DNA from: an uncultured Acidobacteriota bacterium
Lineage (GTDB): Bacteria > Acidobacteriota > Terriglobia > Terriglobales > Acidobacteriaceae
DNA length: 64,000 bases
Direction of reading: 5' to 3'
Assembly (NCBI GenBank): GCA_963757135.1
Contig: CAVWQE010000008.1
Location: 469,167 to 533,166, forward strand
The notes beneath the pieces were generated by a model. That model was not told the origin of the DNA, ran no database searches, and worked only from the letters and a program-made list of their open reading frames with translations. Made by a program: the position numbers and the translations under genes. This document shows positions 58,329-64,000 of this stretch, in pieces (within the stretch, counting starts at the first letter, position 1; each line of letters begins with the position of its first letter).

Positions 58329-59246
58329 GTGACAACTCGAAATATCCTGTTACTGGGGTACATTTCGACCCTGGCCTCATTCGCGGTCGCTCCGCCGGCA
58401 GTCGGCAGAGATAATCCGCGCCTCCCGCCTGCGGAGCTGGTTCGGCAAGCGGTCCAGAATGAAGCCTCTGCCAATGGGCAGCATTTCATGTTCAGAGATG
58501 AGAGAAGGACCCCGCATATTTCCGAGACGAAGTTGGTTGTTGAGGCGCGAGACGCCACCGCCGGAATCATCATTTTGAAAGACGGCCATCCGCTAAGCCC
58601 ACAGGAGCAACAGGCCGAGCAGGCGCGTCTGGAAAATTATGTTCGAAATCCGGACGAGCTCAATCACAAGCGCAAACAGGAGAAAGAAGACACTGACCGG
58701 ACCCTGCGAATTCTCAAGGCATTGCCCGATGCCTTCCTGTACCAGGCTGACGGAACGCAGGAGGGAAGCATCGGCGTTGGACGTCCGGGAGATCGGCTGG
58801 TGCGCTTGAAGTTCAGGCCCAACCCAGCCTACGATCCGCCAACTCGAGTGGAGCAGGTATTGACTGGAATGGCGGGAACATTGTTGGTGGACGCCAACGA
58901 GAAGCGGATCGCGGAAATAAATGGAACGCTGGAAAAGGACGTGGGCTTCGGATGGGGCATTCTAGGCCATCTCGATAGCGGTGGCCGTTTTGTCGTGCAG
59001 CAGGCAGACGTTGGAAATAAGCAATGGGAGCTGACGCGAATGGAACTGGCATTTACCGGAAAGATTCTGCTGTTCAAGAAACTGAACATTCGTTCCAGTG
59101 ATATTTTCTCCGGATTTCGCCCAGTCCCGAAGGACTTGAGCTTCGCGCAAGCAGTTGAATTGCTAAAGAAAGAGGCGGCTCGGATCAGGCCGATCGTCAA
59201 TGGCGACAATTCATCTGGAGAGAGATCACGGACGGACGGTGGGTAG
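58329..59246 (+). CDS. Hypothetical secreted protein
   Basis: GTG start and a signal-like N-terminus (ILLLGYISTLASFAVAPPA). No recognisable family motifs. Confidence 0.4.
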   Translation: MTTRNILLLGYISTLASFAVAPPAVGRDNPRLPPAELVRQAVQNEASANGQHFMFRDERRTPHISETKLVVEARDATAGIIILKDGHPLSPQEQQAEQARLENYVRNPDELNHKRKQEKEDTDRTLRILKALPDAFLYQADGTQEGSIGVGRPGDRLVRLKFRPNPAYDPPTRVEQVLTGMAGTLLVDANEKRIAEINGTLEKDVGFGWGILGHLDSGGRFVVQQADVGNKQWELTRMELAFTGKILLFKKLNIRSSDIFSGFRPVPKDLSFAQAVELLKKEAARIRPIVNGDNSSGERSRTDGG

Positions 59247-59264
59247 GCCGCAAAACCAGGCTCG

Positions 59265-60389
59265 CTAGGCGGAGACGGCCTGTCCGCGGACGACGTCTTT
59301 CCGGACCGTCAACTTTTCAATCAGGTCTTTTTTGACCTCGTAACCCGTTCCTGGCGCGCCGCTGACACCGATCGTTCCACGAGGGGTGACCTGGATTTCC
59401 GGTTCAACAATGTCTTCGGTCCAATAACGCTGCGAAGCAGAAACGTCGCCCGGAAGAAGGAAGTTCGGCAAGGTTGAAAGCGCAACGTTGTGAGCACGTC
59501 CGATTCCGGTCTCCAGCATGCCGCCGCACCACACCGGGATGTTGCGCCGCTGGCAGGCATTGTGGACCGCAATGGCTTCGCTGAAGCCGCCGACGCGCCC
59601 GACTTTGATGTTGATGATGCGGCAGGCTTCGATTTCGATTGCAGATTCCGCATCGCGGGCGCTGCGAATGGATTCGTCGAGGCAGATCGAGGTTTTCAAT
59701 TCGCGCTGCAGTTTGGCATGTTGGACGATATCGTCGTCCCAATAAGGCTGCTCGATCATCAGTAGATTGAAATCGTCGAACCGGCGCAGGCGTTCAAGAT
59801 CGCTCGGGCGATAGGCCGAGTTGGCATCGCAACTGAGAAGGATATCCGGCCAGCGTTGGCGCACTTTTGCCAGCACTTCGATGTCCCAGCCCGGCTTCAC
59901 CTTTACCTTGATGCGCTGATAACCCGCGGCAAGCTCCGTCTCGATTTTTTCCAGCAACTGATCGTGCGAATTCTGAATGCCGATGGAAACTCCGCATGCG
60001 ATCTCTTTTCGCGTGCCTCCAAGCAACTGCCAGAGCGGAAGGTTTTTCTGCTTGGCTTCAGCATCCCACAGGGCATTTTCGATCGCTGCTTTAGCCATGT
60101 TGTGGCCGCGCACGCGTGCGAGCAGGGCGGCGGCATCGCCCGCGCGGCTAAGCTCCGTGCCCATCAATGTGGGAGCAAGAAAATCACGCAGTGTCGCCCA
60201 TGCGGTTTCAATCCATTCATAGCTGAAAAACGGGCCTTCGCTGGCCACACATTCCGACCAGCCCTCAACCCCATCGCAGACAGCAGTCAGCAGCAGCACG
60301 CGCCTACTCTCGGTTCGGCCAAAACTGGTTTCGAAAAAATGCTTTAGGGGAAGATGCAGCTCGCGCAGCGTGATGGATTCGATTCTCAT
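59265..60389 (-). CDS. menC: Enolase-superfamily o-succinylbenzoate synthase / N-acylamino acid racemase-family protein
   Basis: MRIESITLRELHLPLKHFFETSFG; metal and acid/base motifs KVKV, DANSAY, IEQP, LDES, INIKVGRVGG, CGGMLE. ATGA overlap with mazG. The ORF-track start at 60515 is rejected. Confidence 0.7.
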   Translation of the reverse strand: MRIESITLRELHLPLKHFFETSFGRTESRRVLLLTAVCDGVEGWSECVASEGPFFSYEWIETAWATLRDFLAPTLMGTELSRAGDAAALLARVRGHNMAKAAIENALWDAEAKQKNLPLWQLLGGTRKEIACGVSIGIQNSHDQLLEKIETELAAGYQRIKVKVKPGWDIEVLAKVRQRWPDILLSCDANSAYRPSDLERLRRFDDFNLLMIEQPYWDDDIVQHAKLQRELKTSICLDESIRSARDAESAIEIEACRIINIKVGRVGGFSEAIAVHNACQRRNIPVWCGGMLETGIGRAHNVALSTLPNFLLPGDVSASQRYWTEDIVEPEIQVTPRGTIGVSGAPGTGYEVKKDLIEKLTVRKDVVRGQAVSA

Positions 60390-61318
60390 TGATTGTGAGC
60401 CGCTGGTGCAGGGGTTTGCTCGTGTTCTTTGGCTTTCTGCCACAGTGACTCCAGTTCCTCCATGCTCGCATCTTGCGGTGCAAGGCCAGAGACTCGCAAC
60501 TGCTCTTCCATCCACTGGAAGCGACGCCTGAATTTCCGGTTGGCCTTCTTCAGCGCTGATTCGGAATCGAGGGAAAGATAGCGGGCAATGTTCACCAACA
60601 CGAAAAATAGGTCGCCGACTTCCTCTTCAAGCCTGTGGCGGAGTTGCTCCGGAACCTGCGGTTTGCCTGATCCCGCGACGCTTTCTGTCGATGAGATCGT
60701 TGGCGTGGGTATCCGCTTCAATTCGTCCTGCAACTCACGTGTTTCCTCAGACAGCTTGTCAAACAATCCGCCGATCTCCGGCCAGTCGAATCCTATGCGC
60801 GCCGCACGGGAGCTGAGTTTGTGAGCTTCGAGCAGGGCTGGCATGGCGGATGAGACTCCAGCCAGCAGAGACTCCTGATTCTCCGCGCCCGGAGACTTGC
60901 CGGCGTCAGCCCCGAGTCTCGCCTTCTTTTCTTCCGCTTTGAGGGCTTCCCAGTTGCGCAGAACTTCGGCAGACGTTTCGGCAGTCACATCGCCGAACAC
61001 ATGCGGATGGCGGTTAATGAGCTTGTTCGACAGCCGGTCAAGAACATCGTCAATCGAAAAGCGGTTCTCTTCCTGCGCCATCTGGGAATAGAAAAGAACT
61101 TGCAGCAGCAGATCGCCCAGTTCGCCGGGCAATTCATGCCAATCGCGATTGTCTATGGCTTCGAGGACTTCGTACGTCTCTTCTACCGTGTAGGGCTTGA
61201 TGGAGTCGAAGCTCTGCTCGCGGTCCCACGGACAGCCGTCAGGCCCGCGCAATCGCGCCATGATCGCGACTGCACGTTCGAATCGCTCTCCAGTGGTGGG
61301 CATAGAGTCAGGGTGCAT
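60386..61318 (-). CDS. mazG: Nucleoside triphosphate pyrophosphohydrolase MazG
   Basis: CPWDREQSF, ETYEVLEAID, ELGDLLLQVLF, and a second domain with EEVGDLFFVLVN. Confidence 0.88.
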   Translation of the reverse strand: MHPDSMPTTGERFERAVAIMARLRGPDGCPWDREQSFDSIKPYTVEETYEVLEAIDNRDWHELPGELGDLLLQVLFYSQMAQEENRFSIDDVLDRLSNKLINRHPHVFGDVTAETSAEVLRNWEALKAEEKKARLGADAGKSPGAENQESLLAGVSSAMPALLEAHKLSSRAARIGFDWPEIGGLFDKLSEETRELQDELKRIPTPTISSTESVAGSGKPQVPEQLRHRLEEEVGDLFFVLVNIARYLSLDSESALKKANRKFRRRFQWMEEQLRVSGLAPQDASMEELESLWQKAKEHEQTPAPAAHNQ

Positions 61319-61355
61319 TTCGTCGTGCTTGTTCAGTTATGCCAAATACGGCAAC

Positions 61356-61382
61356 CACGAAGGGCACGAAGGTACACGAAGG
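61356..61382. repeat. Triple tandem CACGAAGG motif in the mazG-glgB intergenic region
   Basis: cacgaaggg cacgaaggta cacgaagg, read directly. Confidence 0.7.
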
Positions 61383-61401
61383 AAACTCGATCGATCTTGA
61401 T

Positions 61402-63333
61402 TTATCCGGCCTTGAAAAACAAAATCCCCAGCGGCGGCAGCGTCAGCGACAGCGAATAGGGACGGCCGTGCGTGGGCACTTCATCGGCGTTTACTCCGCC
61501 CATATTTCCCATGCCGCTGCCGGCATACTCGGCAGCATCGCTGTTCAGCAGTTCGCGCCAGTAACCTCCGGTAGGGACGCCGATTCTGTAATTCTCTCGC
61601 GGCACCGGAGTGAAATTGCAAACAACCAGAATCATGTCCTGCGGACGGCGTCCTTTGCGGAGAAGTGATATCACACTCGCGGCTGTGTCGTTGCAGTCTA
61701 CCCACTCGAAGCCTGACGGATCGTTCTCGATTTCGTGCAGCGCCGGCTGCTCGCGATAGGCGCGGTTCAATTGAGTCACCCATTTCTGTACGCCTGAATG
61801 CACGGGATATTGCAAGACGTGCCACTCCAGGCTCATGTCGTGTCCCCATTCACGCACCTGGCCGAACTCGTCGCCCATAAAGAGCAATTTTTTTCCTGGC
61901 TGCGCAAACATGTAGCCGTAGAGCAGGCGCAGGTTGGCGAATTTCTGCCACTCATCTCCCGGCATCTTGCCGACAATCGAACCTTTGCCGTGCACTACCT
62001 CGTCGTGCGAGAGCGGCAGCACAAAGTTTTCGGTGAAACCGTACAGCATGCGAAAGGTAAGCATGCTGTGATGGAACTGGCGGTGAATGGGCTCATGTGA
62101 GAAATACGCCAGCGTATCGTGCATCCATCCCATGTCCCACTTCAATCCAAAACCCAGGCCACCCAGATACACCGGCTTCGAAACCATCGGCCACGCCGTC
62201 GATTCCTCGGCATAGGTCTGAATCCCCGGGTACTCCTTATAGGCCTCGAGGTTTAGCTGGCGCAGAAATTCGATCGCGTCGAGATTTTCGCGGCCGCCGT
62301 ATTTGTTGGGAATCCATTCGTGGTCGCGGCGGGAATAATCGAGATACAGCATTGAAGCCACGGCGTCCACACGCAAACCGTCCACGTGATACTTATCCAG
62401 CCAGAACATGGCGCTCGACAGCAGAAAGCTGCGCACCTCGTTGCGGCCGTAGTTGTAAATGTAAGTGTTCCAGTCGGGATGAAACCCCAGGCGCCAATCG
62501 GCATGCTCAAACAAATGCGTGCCGTCGAAATAGGCGAGTCCGTGGGCATCGGAAGGGAAGTGCGACGGCACCCAGTCGAGGATCACTCCAATCCCGCGCT
62601 GGTGCAGGTAGTCGATGAAGTACATGAAATCCTGAGGCGTGCCGTAACGTGACGTCGGAGCGAAATAGCCTGTCGTCTGATATCCCCATGAGGCGTAGAA
62701 GGGGTGCTCCATAATGGGCAGCAGCTCAACGTGAGTGAACTGCATCCGCTCGACGTAGTCGGCAAGTTTGGGCGCAACTTCCCGATAAGTCAGCGACCGG
62801 TCGTGCTCCTCCGGAACTCGCATCCAAGAACCCATGTGGACTTCGTAAATCGAAATCGGGTCGTGCAATGACTGCCGTCCAGCGCGCGCCTTCATCCAGG
62901 CTTCGTCAGACCACTGATATTCCAAGTCCCAGACCACTGATGCTGTTCTCGGCGGCTTTTCATGATAGATGCCGAAAGGATCAGCTTTATCCGCGACGTG
63001 CCCGTGGTTGTTGGAAACAATGTGGTATTTGTACAGAGCGCCTTTACCGACCGACGGAACGAATCCTTCCCATATCCCCGAACTGCCGCGTGGTTCGAGC
63101 GAGTGCGCGTTGTTGCTCCAATCGTTAAAACTTCCGACAACCGAAACTTTTTGCGCGTTCGGCGCCCACACGCTGAAGTTGGCTCCGGCCTCGCCGCCCA
63201 CCATTGCCAGGCGAGCCCCAAGCTGGTTGTAGGCCCGGTAATTCCGCCCTTCGTTGAACAGATAGAGATCGTCCTGCGATAGCAGGCTGGCATCGTGGCG
63301 GACCGACGCGAGAGTGAGGTTCTTGGAAGTCAT
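61402..63333 (-). CDS. glgB: 1,4-alpha-glucan branching enzyme (GH13)
   Basis: [61 protein letters not shown]. Confidence 0.92.
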   Translation of the reverse strand: MTSKNLTLASVRHDASLLSQDDLYLFNEGRNYRAYNQLGARLAMVGGEAGANFSVWAPNAQKVSVVGSFNDWSNNAHSLEPRGSSGIWEGFVPSVGKGALYKYHIVSNNHGHVADKADPFGIYHEKPPRTASVVWDLEYQWSDEAWMKARAGRQSLHDPISIYEVHMGSWMRVPEEHDRSLTYREVAPKLADYVERMQFTHVELLPIMEHPFYASWGYQTTGYFAPTSRYGTPQDFMYFIDYLHQRGIGVILDWVPSHFPSDAHGLAYFDGTHLFEHADWRLGFHPDWNTYIYNYGRNEVRSFLLSSAMFWLDKYHVDGLRVDAVASMLYLDYSRRDHEWIPNKYGGRENLDAIEFLRQLNLEAYKEYPGIQTYAEESTAWPMVSKPVYLGGLGFGLKWDMGWMHDTLAYFSHEPIHRQFHHSMLTFRMLYGFTENFVLPLSHDEVVHGKGSIVGKMPGDEWQKFANLRLLYGYMFAQPGKKLLFMGDEFGQVREWGHDMSLEWHVLQYPVHSGVQKWVTQLNRAYREQPALHEIENDPSGFEWVDCNDTAASVISLLRKGRRPQDMILVVCNFTPVPRENYRIGVPTGGYWRELLNSDAAEYAGSGMGNMGGVNADEVPTHGRPYSLSLTLPPLGILFFKAG

Positions 63334-63463
63334 CCTGTCGAGATTAGCATTTAGTAATCAGATTTAGTACGACCTTCCGACGCTGAATGCGGGCTGCTGA
63401 CGGATCTTTCGCACATGCTAGACTGCATACAAATCTCATTGTAATCAGGAAACTCGCCTGCCC

Positions 63464-64000
63464 ATGCCTGTTTTGCGCGTCGTCGTCCTCTGGCACCAGC
63501 ATCAGCCCTACTACAAAGACTTAGTCACGGGAGAGTATCGCCTCCCCTGGGTCCGGTTGCATGCCTTGAAAGACTACTACGGGATGGTCAAACTGCTGGA
63601 AGAGTTTCCTGACGTCCACCAAACCTTCAATCTTGTTCCGTCTTTGATATCGCAAATTCAGGATTACGAGAGTGGCGCTGCCCATGATCCATTTCTCACC
63701 GTGGCTTCGCGCCCGGCCAAGGACCTTACACAGGCGGAACGCCGCTTCGCGCTGCAATATTTGTTTCAGGCAAATCCCATTCATTTGATCGGTCGTTACC
63801 CCCGGTACGCCGAACTTTGGGAAAGGTTTCAGAGCGCCGGCTCAGCCCCCGAGAAGGCTGAGAAATTCTTTCAGGCGCAGGATTTCACGGATCTGCAAGT
63901 GCTTTCTCAGTTGGCCTGGTTCGACGAATTCTTCTTGCAGGAACCTGACGTCGCCGCGCTGGTCACCAAGGGACGCGGTTTTTCTCTTAACGATCAGCGT
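63464..64000 (+). CDS. Glycoside hydrolase family 57 protein (3' partial; runs off the window)
   Basis: MPVLRVVVLWHQHQPYYKD...YRLPWVRLHALKDYYGMVKLLEEFPDVHQTFNLVPSL is the characteristic GH57 N-terminus. The frame is open for 179 codons to the window edge. It is absent from the ORF track because it has no stop codon. Confidence 0.8.
   Translation, partial: MPVLRVVVLWHQHQPYYKDLVTGEYRLPWVRLHALKDYYGMVKLLEEFPDVHQTFNLVPSLISQIQDYESGAAHDPFLTVASRPAKDLTQAERRFALQYLFQANPIHLIGRYPRYAELWERFQSAGSAPEKAEKFFQAQDFTDLQVLSQLAWFDEFFLQEPDVAALVTKGRGFSLNDQR

Noticed and set aside
58258-58330. 13-nt direct repeat GAATGGCCTGAGT occurring twice 60 nt apart, upstream of and overlapping the start of the 58329 ORF
   Set aside because: It is real in the sequence, but too short and isolated to interpret. 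It might be promoter-related or chance, and there is no supporting context.

Overview
This is a gene-dense chromosomal segment with moderately high GC and about 55 protein genes. I found no rRNA, tRNA or CRISPR. Gene content and the palindromic intergenic repeats suggest a soil Acidobacteriota-like genome, but that is inference only. Most of the window is housekeeping: murI, recN, xerD-like and xerC-like genes, secA, aroB, ubiE/menG, hemA-hemC-(paiB)-hemD, mazG, an OSBS-family gene, glgB and a partial GH57 gene. Accessory modules are a VapBC-type toxin-antitoxin pair, a minimal Tad/Cpa pilus-secretion cluster, tandem GT87 membrane glycosyltransferases, a stand-alone LigD polymerase domain, a Cpx-like envelope-stress module and a bactofilin. 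The most unusual items are: (1) an FTR1::DUF2318 iron-permease operon whose ABC ATPase carries a complete DtxR/IdeR-like metal-sensor module, with a perfect palindrome in the operon leader; (2) three genes (a methyltransferase, hemD and an acyl-adenylase) that contain palindrome-rich repeat elements kept in frame; (3) a single polypeptide combining adenylase, carrier protein and PlsC acyltransferase; (4) consensus CpxR-type boxes in the divergent promoter of the Cpx-like module. All calls rest on reading the translations and DNA by eye. No database search was run.
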